A stretch of DNA of 64,000 bases from assembly GCF_036321535.1 (NCBI RefSeq), contig NC_087447.1:33296001-33360000 (forward strand). Direction: 5' to 3'. This DNA is from Camelus dromedarius. Taxonomy: Eukaryota. Each line of letters opens with the position of its first letter. The first letter of the stretch is position 1. Made by a program: the position numbers and the translations under genes. Positions 37,946 through 51,544 of this stretch are shown here, piece by piece. A model generated the notes under the pieces. That model was not told the origin of the DNA and made no database searches. It was given only the letters and a program-made list of their open reading frames with translations.

Positions 37946-37971
37946 TTGCCTTCCCCTTATTGAAAATACAC

Positions 37972-38756
37972 CTCACACTGGCCAGAATGGCCATCACTGA
38001 AAAGTCCACAAATGATAAATGTTGGAGAAGGTGTGGAGAAAAGGAAACCCTCCTACACTGTTGGTGGGAATGTAGTTTGGTGCAGCCACTATGGAAAATG
38101 GTAGGGAGGCTCCTTAAAAAACTAAAAATAGACTTACCCTATGATCCAGCAATCCCCCTCCTGGGCATATATCCAGAGGAAACTCTTACTTGAAAAGATA
38201 CCCAATGTTCACAGCAGCACTATTTACAATAGCCAAGGCATGAAAACAACCTAAATGGCCATCAACAGACAAGAAGTTGTGATATGTATATGCAAAGGAA
38301 TACTACTCAGCCATAAAAAAGAACAAAATAATGTCATTTGCAGCAACATCCATGGAACTGGAGATCATCATACTAAGTGAAGTAAGCCAGAAAGAGAAAG
38401 AAAATACCATATGATATCATTTATATGTGTCTTAAAAAAGGACACAAAAGAATTATTTACAAAACAGAGACACACAGACATAGAAAACAAACTTACAGTT
38501 ACTGGGGGGTAAATGGATGGGAAAGGATCAATTGGGAGTTCAGGATTTGCAGATACTATCATATATTAAATAGGTAAACAAGGTCCTTCTGTACAGCACA
38601 GGGAACTATATTCAATATCTTGTAATAGGCTATAATGAAACAGAATATGAAAAGGCATATATGTATAACTGAATCACTAGGCTGTACACCAGAAGCTAAC
38701 ACAACACTGTAAGTCAACCATATGTCAATAAAAATAAACAATTTTAAAACATAAAA
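37972..38756 (+). mobile_element. L1 3' end with TSD
   Basis: ORF2 C-terminal remnant ([35 protein letters not shown]) and 3' UTR. TSD gaaaatacac at 37962-37971 and 38757-38766. Confidence 0.93.
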
Positions 38757-39329
38757 GAAAATACACATTTGAAATCTCAGTAGCAGTTAAACAGTGGATT
38801 TCTACAGTCAGTCCAGCTCACTGATCTGCAGGAACAAAGACAATGTATTACAACAAAACTATCTGTTGCCAGAAATGTTGGTATCAGAGCCAGAAATGAG
38901 ACAGGTGAAGCCATGGCTGGGCACATGTGCCCTCAGGAGACAAGACTTCCCCTCCCTGGTGATGGCTTATGGCTCCAGGCCTTCTCACCAGACCATGGCG
39001 GCCACTCTGACCCTCCCTGGAAACTTCCTTAGGATAATCCTCTCATCCAGGAGGTGGAACACAGCTGAAAAAGCTGGACCTTCTGAACAAATACCAGGGC
39101 TGGCTTTCAGGATGATGCTGGTCAGGAGAACCGGGAGCTGAGAAACCCAGGAGCAGAGAACACCAGATGAACAGAACAGGGCATGGCTAAGGCAGCAGCG
39201 GGGGTCAAGACACAGAGAAGCAAGCGTCGTAGGAGCTGACCAGGACTTCTCCTCACAGCCAGAACTGGTCTCAAAACTGAGGACAGAAAGGAGTCACGTA
39301 CCAAATTCTAGAGCAAATTAAAAATAATT

Positions 39330-39454
39330 GAATCTAAAAACAAAAAGACAAATGAACTTATTTACAAAACAGAAACAGACTCACAGACATAGAAAACTCA
39401 TGGTTACCAGGGGGGAAAGGGAGTGGGAAGGGATAAAATTGGGAGTTCAAAATT
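39330..39454 (+). mobile_element. Internal L1 3' UTR fragment with no poly(A) end
   Basis: gaatctaaaaacaaaaagacaaatgaacttatttacaaaacagaaacagactcacagac...gggaagggataaaattgggagttc, after which homology stops. Confidence 0.85.
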
Positions 39455-39648
39455 CTGAGTGAGTGGGATGGGTTTGATTTTCCAGCACAGAGTTGGGAAG
39501 ATGCCCTTACCCAGGGGGAGGGGCTCAACTAAGCTGACTGGCTGCAACCCACCTGCTGGAATGGGAGCTCCTGGTCAAAGTCCCAGGCCTTCTTCAATCC
39601 CCGGCTCAGGACCAGAGACCACAAACCATATTCCTCTTCATAAATTAA

Positions 39649-39650
<2 letters not shown>

Positions 39651-39688
<38 letters not shown>

Positions 39689-39719
39689 AGAAATTAAATA
39701 TATATATATATATATATAT
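39651..39719. repeat. (AC)n microsatellite followed by an (AT)n tract
   Basis: (ac)18 at 39651-39686 and an AT dinucleotide run at about 39698-39719, read directly. Confidence 0.95.
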
Positions 39720-40529
39720 TCAGAAATTAAGTATCTATATGAGATATATAAGAGCACTGTGTCACACAGACCTGGATCTTACCCAGCTCTGAGACTGGTT
39801 GGCTGATAGAGCGTAGGTAGGCAAAGGACTCAAACCCTGATGTCCTTCAACACCATGAAGGCAGGGAAACTGAGCCTCAGGGAGGTTAAGTACTTTGCCC
39901 GAGGTTAAACAGTTAGCCCGTGGTAGAGGTAGCTGAAGATCTCAGGTCTCTCTGACTCCCAAGCCCTGTGCGGTAGATAGCACGTTGAGAAAATAACAAC
40001 CTTCCCTGAGGTGTGCTGACAACCCAGTAAGAAAAAGCTTCGGAAAGAGTATTATGAGCATAAGATGTTGCTGCTATTATCTACAAGCAGATGATAATGG
40101 GTCTTGTGGGATTAAATTCACAGCTATTATTTACCATGATGGCTCATTCAATTCTGAGTCGGATGACGAATGTCTGCTCAGAAGAAGGGATCTTAAGTCT
40201 AAAGCGTGGTCCGTCCCCATGCAATAAAATGGCACAAAAAGCAGGGGAATTTATTAAATTAAGGAAACATTAATTCTGTAAACAACAGGGGATTCCAACC
40301 ACCAAATGGCAGCGTGAAGACACTGTATCATGTTTACGTTCTCTGATAGAAGCTGTAGTAAGTGCAGCTCAAGCAGGAGGCTGAGCTGGGGTCGGTAACT
40401 AGTCTCCGTAAGCACAGACAAACCTCATCTTTTTTGTGCCTTAGTTTTCTTTTATTAAGTGGGAAACGATGAAATCAGAATCAAGACATTATTTTCACAA
40501 AATACACTGTGCCTGGAGAAGGCAAGAAT

Positions 40530-40765
40530 ACCACTGTAATACTAAAATACATTTGTGTTAAGCATTGTTCCAAAGCCTTTACATAAATCAACTCATTTTA
40601 TCCTTAGAGCAACGAACGGTATGACATTAGAGCTATTATGACCCCCATTATTCAGATGAGTTAAAATGAGGCGCAAGGAAGTAACTTGCCCAACATCCAC
40701 AACCAGGAACTGGCAGAGAAGGGATTTACACCTGGGCAGTCCAGCTCCAGAGCCCATGCTGTAGA
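40530..40765 (-). mobile_element. MIR SINE
   Basis: ctttacataaatcaactcattttatcctta...ccccattattcagatgag...gaggcgcaaggaagtaacttgcccaa...ctggcagagaagggatttacacctgggcagtccagctccagagcccatgct. Confidence 0.8.
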
Positions 40766-41324
40766 GATTTTTACAGGATAGGAATAACTGAGGTCAAATT
40801 AGTTGAGGAAGGCTACAAGGGGAGAATGATTAAGTAGAATGTATCTAGAGCAAAATCTACCCTAGTTAGAATAGCTTCAGCATTTTTCAAGAGAATTAAG
40901 TGGCATTTCAGCTCTGTGGCATTTCTTTCCTATCTATTAAAAAAGCCATTTTGATTATCACCCACCATATGACAGAGAGCGTACTCAGCAAACATCACAT
41001 TACACATTCAGTGGTTTTCTTCTGGATTCATTCTTTAAAATATTTAACTCCTCAGTCCAGTTAAATAGTAGTAAATATTATTTGTAATTTTTGAATTATA
41101 TTTACAGAGAAAAATGATTTCTTACATAATGTTATGTAAGTGAAGGTTGTAAAATTGAGGGGGGCTGATCAAAAGAGCCACCTGGCTATGCCTGCATTCT
41201 ATGATTCTCTTAGAGAGGGCCACACTTCCCCATCACTGTACCGTAAGGCATCCACAATGCCAGCAGTCGGTTTTACTGATGCAGGCTTAGGAAAAGTAAA
41301 ATGGTATCCACGTGAAGAGAGAAC

Positions 41325-41505
41325 AAGTGGTTTTCAAAACATGTTCATGCCATCAGGAATGAAGAAGGATGCTGCACCATCTGGGAATATGTGAAAATGT
41401 CAAATTACCAAGACCCACCCCAGTCCTAAGGAATCAAACTCTGGATGGGGCCCAGTCATCTGGTTCCAAGTAATTTTGATACAGGAGGAAGTCCATGAGC
41501 CACTA
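41325..41505 (+). mobile_element. MER5A-like (hAT-Charlie)
   Basis: agtggttttcaaa...atctgggaatatgtgaaaatg...cccaccccagtcctaaggaatcaaactctggatggggcccag...gagccact. Confidence 0.65.
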
Positions 41506-43069
41506 GCTCCTGGTAAAAGCTGAGCCTTCAGGGTCCCTGAGAAGGTCCTAAAGATTACAGTTGCCAAGACCTCATAGGAAGAAGACTAACAGGATAAGCA
41601 CCTTCAAATCAGAGGTGAAGGTAAGAGTGGCCAGCTAACAAGAGTCATCTTTCCCAATAATCTCCCCTTCATCCCCATCTGGGATATGGGCAATGTCTAG
41701 GAAGAGAAGCAGACCTGGGACAGAACTGTAAAACGGGAGGATGGGAAAAGAGGGTACTGTGACCCTGAAAAATCCTGCTCAAATATCTACTCCTTCGAGA
41801 CTAGCTCGAGGCATCACCTGGTCTGCTTTCCAGGGGTGCTCCCCGGCTTCCAGAGAAGAGAGTCAGGTGTACCACAAGAGGGAGAGGAGGGGAATGTGGC
41901 AAACTGGAGGCCTGCAAACCTCATCAAGAGGCACCAAATGAAGTCTCCCAAGTGCCCTGGAAGCCAGAGGAAAACGTTTGCAGGCCAAGTATGGTGCAAA
42001 GGATGCCACGTGACTTCTCAAACTGATTCCAACTTCCTCACGACAAAGAAGGAAACAGGTCAAAGAGGTGCAGCTTCTTAAGTAAAGACTCACAAACCAG
42101 TGGCAGCAGTAGCCTGACCCTGAATCCAAAAGGCTCCTTCTCCAAGGAAATGCCCTAAATTTTGTACATGGACAACATGAATTTTGTTAACAAATCAGGG
42201 TTCGTCTTTTGCTCAGCAAAATATGTGCAGCCCAATGTTACTAATTATATAAGCCCTATGGCCAACAAATTCAGGTCTAAATTTCCTTCTATCTTATCTT
42301 TCTAGTCTAGCTATGATTTCATTGTCTAGTAGGATTTTAGTTTAAAATTTAATTCTACTATTTTATTGTTCCTTTATATTCTTGTAAGCTACCTCAAACT
42401 CTTCATGGAACAAGTAGGATGCACCTAATGAAAAGGAACTCTGTTTGACCTCATCATCCTCCTAATGCCACACCACCTTCTCATTCACGGTACCCAAGAC
42501 AACTAGTTGGACTACTCTGGTGCATTGACCAGGTAAATCACATCAAAAAGTTATTTTGCTAATATTTTTCAGCAAACAGAGCTGACCAAATCAACACAGA
42601 ACCTTGAGGGAGTCAGCGTAACTGCGAGGGAACCACTAACATGGTCAGTACAACATGGGTTTTTAAAAAATTTATTGAAACTTGCTTTGAAATCAAAGAG
42701 AGTCCAAGCAGAGATGCCATTTGTGGACTCGGAGAAGAAATTTAATCACCAAGTCTTAGTGACCAAAGCGAATTAATGTACCTTCAAAACTAAGCAAATT
42801 ACTCCCATCTCCCTGCAAATGACCCATTATCATAAATAATGGCCATTAAGGTGCCATGTGATTCTGCACGGACCACTGAGAGGACGCAAGATGGTGATGA
42901 CTCATCACTGATGAACTGAACAGCATCCAGCAGGTGTCATACGGATGCGCAGCCCAGGTGATAAAAGACTGCTGTCAAGATCAGAAAAATGTAAAGAGAA
43001 GACCACCTCAGCGTTTGTAAAAACGTAACATCATATTCTAAGGAGAACTGGAGGAGAGAAGAAAGGGAA

Positions 43070-43300
43070 TGAACATTTTCTTAGTCTCTACCATGCACCA
43101 GGCTCCATACCAAGTGGTTTGCTACATTATTTCATCTGATTCCAACCTATGCAGCAGAATCACTAACACATATTGCAGATGAAGGAACCGAGAATCCAGA
43201 GAAGTCAAGTCATTCACTCAATTCTGCTAACAAGTAAGAAGCAGAGCCGGGATATAGATTCAAATCTGTCTGGCTTCAGAGGTCATGCATTTTCACAAAA
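43070..43300 (-). mobile_element. MIR SINE
   Basis: ctaccatgcaccaggc...attatttcatctgattc...gcagatgaaggaaccgag...agaagtcaagtcattcactcaa...gcagagccgggat. Confidence 0.75.
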
Positions 43301-43399
43301 GTAAGAGATTCAAGTATTTGTTACTCACCTAACATGTCCAACACTTTATTAGGTGACAGAGGTGTAATACAATGTTCAAGGGGGAAATGACTGGCTAAT

Positions 43400-44420
43400 C
43401 AAGAAATTATGCAAACCAGCGCAAAATCTGCATTATGAGAGTACAAAAATAGGAGACATATCTGGTCCTAAGACGGCATATATTGAAAATTTGACCCAGG
43501 TGGTGAAATCGACTGAGAATGTGGTAACCGATCTGGGATCTGAAGGAAGGGCAGAAGGTAAGTAAGGAGAAGTTGTAAGGGATGGGGAAAGGACGCTGCA
43601 GTAAGAGGGACAAACAGATTGTTAGTGAGAGACAACTCACGTGAAAGGAGAGAAAGAGGGAACGTGGTACAAAGTCAGACCAGAAGAGAGACCCTAAAGG
43701 TCCTGGTAGCCTGTGATGTGAATGCATAATTTTCCTCAAAGCAGTGGGAATCCACGCACTAGGGCCAGAGGGAACAGCATAATAAGTTTTGCATTTTGAA
43801 AAGATTACTGTGTGCAGCATGCAAAACCAGAGAGAACATGAAGGAAGGAAGTTAAGAGGCCACTGCCGCAGTTGAGATGAGAGATAAGGAAAGCTGAGTC
43901 TAAAGGCAGGCAGGGGATGCAGATGGAAGTGGATGGACTGAAAAGATACTCAGGAGATAAAATCAAACAAACTTGGTGATGGATTGGACGCTGGGGTGAA
44001 GGAGAGGAAAGCATTAAGGATGGCTCATAAATCTGTGGCTTGTGTAACAGGATGGTCAGCGCTATCACTCACAGATAAGGGAAATACTGGAAGAAGAGCA
44101 GGTGTTCCAGAGGGAGGTAGTGTATCTGCTCTGACCACACTGCATATGAGGTGCCTTTAGAGACATTTAAGTACAGCTGTCAAATATGCAATTAGACATG
44201 CAGGCGTGGAGTTTAGAGGAGAGGTCTCAGAGAGGGGTCCAGTATAAAGGTGTGAGTCATTCATCCATCAAAGCTAAACAAAGCACTGATGTTGAGGGGG
44301 TGGGGGTGGGGGAGTAGCAGGGAACCAGGGAGTGAGCAGAGACAACATCTAGGATCAAGCCTTGTTTAACAGCTGTGGAATGGAAATGAGCCAAGAGGGA
44401 CCAAGAATTCCAGAATGTCA
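43400..44420 (-). mobile_element. L2 LINE remnant
   Basis: ttgcattttgaaaagattactgtg...gagatgagagataagg...aaacttggtgatggattgga...gaaggagaggaaagcattaaggatggctc...tgaggtgcctttagagacattt. Confidence 0.8.
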
Positions 44421-45298
44421 TATCATGGTGTGTGTATTTTAAGAAGGCACAGGTGGGGTGGGAACCAAATAACTTACAACACTACTCCAGGAAGTAATAT
44501 ACACCACAAAGCACGAAGACCAGCAGGCTCCCAGCAGCTCAACAACTTGCCACAGTCACAGAGCTTAACAGGGGCCAAATCAGAATAGGAGCCCAAGTCT
44601 TTCTGATCCCCAAGTTTGTTCTCTCCCCACTACTTTATGCTAAAAATAATGAAAATCAAGATTTTATCTTAAAATAACAGAATTAGCAGATCTGACCTTA
44701 CTCTAAGTAAAGGTGGTATCTGAAAAATATTTACCAAAGCAAAGGTAAATTGGTTGGAGTGTTTTCACTTAAAGAGAGTTAACCACAGAAATCCTTTAAA
44801 GTAGCATCTCTGCCTTTTACAATGACTTCGAAAACAAAAATGCCACATAAAACAACTTGTTAAACAGAGCAAACTACACTGGCATGATTCTTAATATCTT
44901 CCAGAGCACTTTCATGACTGCTATTAAACTCCTGGCCTTCATGCTGGGAGACAGACTTCCTTCTGATTCTGCCCTTAGTGACTACAGGACCTCGGTCAAG
45001 TCATTGTCCCTCTTCACCCACAGAATGAAGGGGCTGTACAATCTCTAAAGATACCACCTGGGCAACATCGCATCTCACTGCCTGCACGGCAGCATCTCGC
45101 AGGGAGATTTGCCATTCCGTCCACTCAACAGGTAAGGCAACTAAGACACCCAGGGACTGATCACATAGCCAGGGAGTCGCAAATGGGGGCTTAAATCCAG
45201 CTCTCCTAAATCTCAACTCAGAGCTGTCTCCACATAATCATTACCCATCATATCATCATTTCTACAGTTCCCTCATCTGCAAATTTGAAAGACATCAC

Positions 45299-45816
45299 AT
45301 AGAGGATAACTACTGTCTCTTCCTACCCAGAATCTATCCTCTCACTTCTTCTGAAACATCTTGAGTGCAAGAAATCATCTCCCTACTACTCTCAGTCCAC
45401 ATGGATTGAGTGGAGGTGACCCCTGCTGTCACTTTCCAAGCATGAGACTCTGCCCCAGGACTGGCCAATCAGTACGTTATAGTGTGAGTGGATACCGTGA
45501 GTACCTGAGGGCCAATTATTGAACCTAAACCAGACTCATGAGACTAAATTCTATGACTCTTGCTAAAATGATTGGGACTACTTAATTAAGAAGCAAGCCT
45601 GAAGCTGCTAAAAGCAGTGGAATAGATCTGCCTATGAAAAAAACCAGCAAAAACCAGAGATAAAAAGAGAGGCAAAGAGTCCTGGTGAGATTGTCTGAGC
45701 CCTGGATCAGACCTTGCCTGAAGGCTATCCCTGAATTTTCATTCATTTGAATTTTCTGCTTAGCCATTTTGGGTTTGGACTTTTGCCATCTGCGTATCAA
45801 AGAAATCTAATCATAC
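45299..45816 (+). mobile_element. MaLR LTR (MLT1K-like)
   Basis: ctactctcagtccacatgg...ccaggactggccaatcag...tctgagccctggatcagaccttgcctgaag...gcttagccattttgggtttggacttttgccatctgc. Confidence 0.75.
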
Positions 45817-46093
45817 GGCCAGCATACTTATACACCATCACTGGTTTCTTATTTCATTCGTTTTTTAGGGGGAAATTTTCTATGTGGAAACTCTGAATCT
45901 ACCATGTATCTACACTTGCTTGGCTCATTAAGGGAAATCAGAGATAAGGAATAGGAATAGGGCCCAAGGCAAATGTTTTAAGTTTAACTGAGTTTGTCAA
46001 AGGTTGGATGATTTTTGCAAACCATTGACAAAATTACTAGGACTAAGGTGGCACTTCTCAGTTCAGAAGAGGGGGTAACTCCTGGGCACTGTT

Positions 46094-46862
46094 TTTTGTT
46101 TTCTTTAGTTTCTTTCACAGTTTTTAAATTGAGGTCTAATTGAAATACAACATTATTTTAGTTTCAGGTGTACAACGTAATGATTCTATATTTGCATATG
46201 TTACAAAGTGATCACTGGAATAAGTCCAGTTAACATCTGTCACCATACATAAAGAAATTGTGTGTGTGTGGTGGAAGTGATAAGAAAGAACTCTCTCAGC
46301 AACTTTCAAGTATGCAATACAATGTGAAGTGCGGCTGCCATTTTGTACACTACATCTCCGTGACTTCCTTATAGCTGGAAGTTTGTACTTTTGACTCCCT
46401 TCACCCATTCTGCCCATTCTCCACCTCCAGCAACCAGCAATCTGTTCTCTTTATGAGTTTTTTTTTTTAATATTCCACATATAGGTAAGATCCTATGGTA
46501 TTCGTCTTTCTCTGACTTATTTCACTTAGCATAATGCCTTCAAGGCCCATCTGTGTTGTTGCAAATTGCATGACTTCATTCTTTTCAAATGGCTGAATAA
46601 CATTCCATTGTGTGTGTGTGTGTGTGTACACATGCACACATTGTCCTTATCCATTCATCCACTGATGGACGCTGAGGCTGCTTCCATATCTCTGCTACTG
46701 TAAATAATGCTGCCCTGAGCACAGGGACACATGTATCTTTTCAAATTAGCATTTCCATTTTCTTTGGATAAATACCCAGAAGTGGAATTGGTGGAACATA
46801 AGGTAATTCTATTTTTTATCTTTGTGAGGAATCTCCCTACTGTTTGCCATAGTGGCTGCAGG
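46094..46862 (-). mobile_element. L1MA9-like 3' end with decayed TSD
   Basis: agtttcaggtgtacaacgtaatgatt...ctctctcagcaactttcaagtatgcaatac...ctggaagtttgtactttttgac...ggataaatacccagaagtggaattg. Flanks ctgggcactgtt (46082-46093) / ccaggcactatt (46863-46874). Confidence 0.9.
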
Positions 46863-47264
46863 CCAGGCACTATTAAGGACCATAGTTAAGAATTTAAATA
46901 GCTTCAACTTCTACCACCCCCTCCCCCACACAGAATTCACACTCTAGGTGTAATAAACCACCCGGCTGCAGGCCCCCGCCCCGCCCCCCAGCCTATTTCC
47001 TGTCATACCCACGTGCCTCTGATGGGCCCTGGGGTACCCACAGGTCAGTCAGTCACGGTGCCCATTAGAAGTATTTTCTCAACTTCTACACACACCTCTA
47101 AAACCACTTCTAAAATGAAAAAAGAAAAAGAATTTGATAAATAAAGGTGTCAAAATACATGTTTTCCTTTCAGTCTGATGCCCTTTTTCCTCCCTATCTG
47201 CCTGACAAAATATGACTCAGCCTTTAAAACTCAGTTTCAAGTGTCTTATGTAACACAGAATTGC

Positions 47265-47625
47265 ATTTTCCATCTAAGGCTACCACAGGTTTTGCTGCTG
47301 TAACAAACGATCTCGAATCTCAATAGCTTAGAAACAACAAAGTCAATTTAATTCCCCTGACATGTCCATCGCAGGTCGGGGGTGGTAGTGGGGTACAGAG
47401 CACTGCAATCCTCAGGAACCTAGGCTGACAATACAGCCCTTATCTGGGGGTGCTGTTGCCCAGGGGAAGGAGTCTTGGAGGTTCTTACCCAAAAATTCAA
47501 TACTCTGGCTTGGAAGCAACACACATGACTTCCACTTAGAATATCTTGGCCAGAACCATGACCCATGGCAAATGTTTAGTGTCTAGAAGTGGGCAGAACC
47601 CCAAATATTTTGTGAACTGCTCCAT
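47265..47625 (-). mobile_element. MaLR LTR (MLT1L-like)
   Basis: aggttttgctgctgtaacaaacgatctcgaatctcaatagcttagaaacaacaaag...tggaagcaacacacatgacttccactt...ttggccagaac. Confidence 0.7.
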
Positions 47626-47936
47626 AGCTGTGCATCAGAATCCCATGGTCTGGGAATTGCTGAGTTATCCAAGAGTCAGACTGTGAGGCAAGGCATCAGG
47701 AAAGCCAAAGGAGTGAGAAAACAAGGTAGACAGGGCAAGCACACATAAGAGCATGAAATTTAAAGATAATTGATGGGCAATATTTTTTAAGTTATAAAAT
47801 AGTTATCCTCAGAAAAGGTAAGAACTTTATAGGACCTCTTTATGTCTATTTTATAATTTTCAAAACTACTGAATTCTCTATGGAAGGGGTTCATCAGAAA
47901 CTTCTCAGTGGTTAGGGTCTCCAAAGATTCTGCTCT

Positions 47937-50900
47937 ATAGAAAAACTAGATTTGGTGGTTATTTTCAGAGCATTACACCCCCCAAAAATAGGATATACAT
48001 TCTTTTCAAGTGCACATGGAACATTTTCCAGGATCGATCATGTACTTGGGCACAAAAGAAACCTCAACAATTTTAAGAAGATAGAAATTATCTCAAGCAT
48101 CTTTACTGACCACAATGCCATGAAACTGGAAATCAACAACAGAGAAACAAAGGAGAAAAAAAGGAAAGCATGGAGATTAAACAATATGTTATTGAAAAAA
48201 CAATGGGTCAATGAGGAAATCAAAGCTGAAATTAAAAAATACCTTGAGACAAATGATAATGAAAGCACAACCACTCAAAACCTATGGGACACAGCAAAAG
48301 CAGTGCTAAGAGGGAAGTTTATAGCGATACAGGCCTTCCTCAAAAAAGAAGAATAATCTCAAATAAACAATTTAACCCACCACCTGAATGAATTAGAAAA
48401 AGAAGAACAAAAAGCCCCAAAAAGCAGCAGAAGGAAGGAAATAATAAAGATCAGAGAAGAATTAAATACAATAGAGATTAACAAGACCATAGAAAAAAAT
48501 CAACCAAACCAAAAGCTGGTTTTTTGAAAAAGTAAATGAAATCGACAAACCTCTGGCCAAACTCACAAAGAAGAAAAAAGAGAGAGCACAAATTAGCAAA
48601 ATAAGAAAGGAAAATGGAGAAATTACAACAAACAAAATAGAAATACAGAATATCATATGTGAATATTATGAAAAACTATATGGAACCAAACTGGATAACC
48701 TAGAGGAGATGGACAAGTTTCTGGAAACATACTGTCCACCAAAACTGAATGAAGAAGAATCTGAACACTTGAACAATCCGATCACTAGAAAGGAAATAGA
48801 AATAGCAATTAAAAACCTCCCTACAAATAAAAGTCCAGGACCAGACGGCTTCACCGGGGAATTCTACCAAACATACAAAGAAGAACTCATACCAGTCCTT
48901 CTCAAACTCTTCCAGACGATTGAAAAGGAGGGAATACTCCCAAACTCTTTCTATGAAGCCACCATCACCCTGATACCAAAACCAGGCAAAGACACTACAA
49001 AAAAAGAGAATTATAGGCCAATATCACTGATGAACATAGATGCCAAAATCCTCACCAAAATTTTAGCAAATAGAATCCAACAACACATAAAAAAGATTAT
49101 ACATCATGACCAAGTGGGGTTCATCCCAGGGACACAAGGCTGGTTCAACATACGCAAATCAATCAATGTAATACATCACATCAACAAGAGAAAGGACAAA
49201 AACCACATGATCATCTCAATCGATGCAGAAAAAGCATTTGATAAAATTCAACACCCATTTATGATAAAAACTCTCACCAAAGTGGGTATAGAGGGAACAT
49301 ATCTCAACATAATAAAAGCTATATATGACAAACCTACAGCCAGCATAGTACTCAATGGTGAAAAACTCAAAAGCTTCCCACTAAAATCTGGGACAAGACA
49401 AGGATGCCCACTATCACCACTCCTATTCATCATAGTCCTGGAAGTCCTAGCCACAGCAGTCAGGCAAGAGAAAGAAATAAAAGGGATCCAAATTGGAAAA
49501 GAAGAGGTAAAAGTGTCATTCTATGCTGATGACATGTTACTATATATAGAAAACCCTAAAAGGTCCCCACAAAAGCTACTAGAGCTGATTGAAGAATTCA
49601 GCAAGGTAGCAGGTTACAAAATTAACGTTCAAAAATCAGTTGCATTTCTTTACACTAACGATAAATCAACAGAAAAAGAAAGTAAAGAAACAATCCCCTT
49701 TAAAATAGCACCCAAAGTAATAAAATATCTGGGAATAAATCTAACCAAGGAGGTGAAAGAATTATACACAGAAAACTATAAACCATTGATGAAGGAAATT
49801 AAAGAAGACTTTAAAAAATGGAAAGATATCCCATGCTCTTGGATTGGAAGAATCAATATTGTTAAAATGGTCACACTGCCCAATCTACAGATTTAATGCA
49901 AACCCTATCAAATTACCCAGGACATATTTCACAGAACTAGAACAAATCGTAATAAAATTTATATGGAACCATCAAAGACCTAGAATTGCCAAAGCATTAC
50001 TGAAGAGAAAGAAAGAGGCTGGAGGAATAACTCTCCCAGACTTCAGACAATACTATAGAGCTACAGTCATCAAGACAGCATGGTATTGGTACCAAAACAG
50101 ACATATAGACCAATGGAACAGAATAGAGAGCCCAGAAATGAACCCCCAAACTTTTGGTCAACTCATCTTCGACAAAGGAGGCAAGAATATACAATGGAAT
50201 AAAGACAATCTCTTCAGCAAATGGTGTTGGGAAAACTGGACAGCAGCATGTAAAACAATGAAGCTAGAAAACTCCCTTACACCATATACAAAAATCAACT
50301 CAAAATGGATTAAAGACTTAAACATAAGACAAGATACAATAAACCTCCTAGAGGAAAACATAGGCAAAACATTATCTGACATACATTTAAAAAATTTTCT
50401 CCTAGAAGAAATAAAAGCAAGAATAAACAAATGGGACCTAATGAAACTTACAAGCTTCTGCACAGCAAAGGAAACCAGAAGTAAAACAAGAAGAAAACCT
50501 ACGGAATGGGAGAAAATTTTTGCAAGTGAAACCGACAAAGGCTTGATCTCCAGAATATATAAGCAGCTCATACGACTCAATAAGAAAAAAATAAACAACC
50601 CAATCCAAAAATGGGCAGAAGACCTAAACAAGCAATTCTCCAAGGAAGACATACAAATGATCAAAAAGCACATGAAAAAATGCTCAATATCACTAATTAT
50701 CAGAGAAATGCAAATCAAAACTACAATGAGGTATCACCTCACACCAGTCAGAATGGCCGTCATTCAAAAATCCACAAATGGCAAATGCTGGAGAGGCTGT
50801 GGAGAGAGGGGAACCCTCCTACACTGCTGGTGGGAATGCAGTTTGGTGCAGCCACTATGGAAAACAGTGTGGAGATTCCTCAAAAGACTAGGAATAGACT

Positions 50901-51220
50901 TACCATATGACCCAGGAATCCCACTCCTGGGCTTGTATCCAGGAGGAACCCTACTTCAGGATGACACCTGCACCCCAATGTTCATAGCAGCACTATTTAC
51001 AATAGCCAAAACATGGAAACAGCCTAAATGTCCATCAATAGGTGACTGGATAAAGAAGATGTGGTATATTTATACAATGGAATACTACTCAGCCATAAAA
51101 ACCAACAACATGATGCCATTTGCAGCAACATGGATGCTCCTGGAAAATGTCATTCTAAGTGAAGTAAGCCAGAAAGAGAAAGAAAAATACCATATGAGAT
51201 CACTCATATGTGGAACCTAA
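47937..51220 (+). pseudogene. Disabled L1 ORF2 (partial APE endonuclease, reverse transcriptase, CCHC domain)
   Basis: Three ORF pieces (47952-48356, 48709-49896, 49844-51220). Motifs [37 protein letters not shown] (49522-49533), [18 protein letters not shown]. Lesions: TAA at 48354-48356, +1 A in the run at 48493-48499, and a ~5-nt deletion near 49882. Confidence 0.96.
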
Positions 51221-51544
51221 AAAACAAAAACAAGCAAACAAACAAACAAAAACAAAGCATAAATACACGAAAGAAATAGACTCACAGACAGAGAATACAG
51301 ACTTGTGGGGGTGGAGGGTGGGAAGGGATAGACTGGGATTTCAAAATTGTAGAATAGATAAACAAGATTACACTGTATAGCACAGGGAAATATACACAAA
51401 ATGTTATGATAACTCACAGAGAAAAAAATGTGACAATGAGTGTGTATATGTCCATGAATGACTGAAAAATTGTGCTGAACACTGGAATTTGACACAACAT
51501 TGTAAAATGATTATAAATCAATAAAAAATGTTTAAAAAAAAAAA
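47937..51544 (+). mobile_element. Young 5'-truncated LINE-1 (about 3.6 kb, camelid-type by inference) inserted in a MER5-like element
   Basis: Starts within the endonuclease domain and runs through RT, CCHC, 3' UTR, aataaa (51520-51525) and poly(A). Perfect TSD aaagattctgctct at 47923-47936 and 51545-51558. Confidence 0.97.

Noticed and set aside
40299..40313. CTCF-like motif ccaccaaatggcagc
   Set aside because: It has a mismatch at a core G, and single near-matches are expected by chance in 64 kb.
44296..44330. G-quadruplex-like motif (similar ones near 6151 and 14014)
   Set aside because: Such motifs are common in mammalian DNA and there is no supporting context.
48709..49896. Reverse transcriptase ORF as a novel retron, DGR or defence-type system
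   Set aside because: The motifs, adjacent endonuclease and CCHC regions, 3' UTR, poly(A) and TSD all fit ordinary mammalian LINE-1 ORF2.
50158..50718. 186-aa hydrophobic antisense ORF
   Set aside because: It is the reverse strand of A-rich L1 ORF2, which commonly yields such Phe/Leu-rich ORFs.
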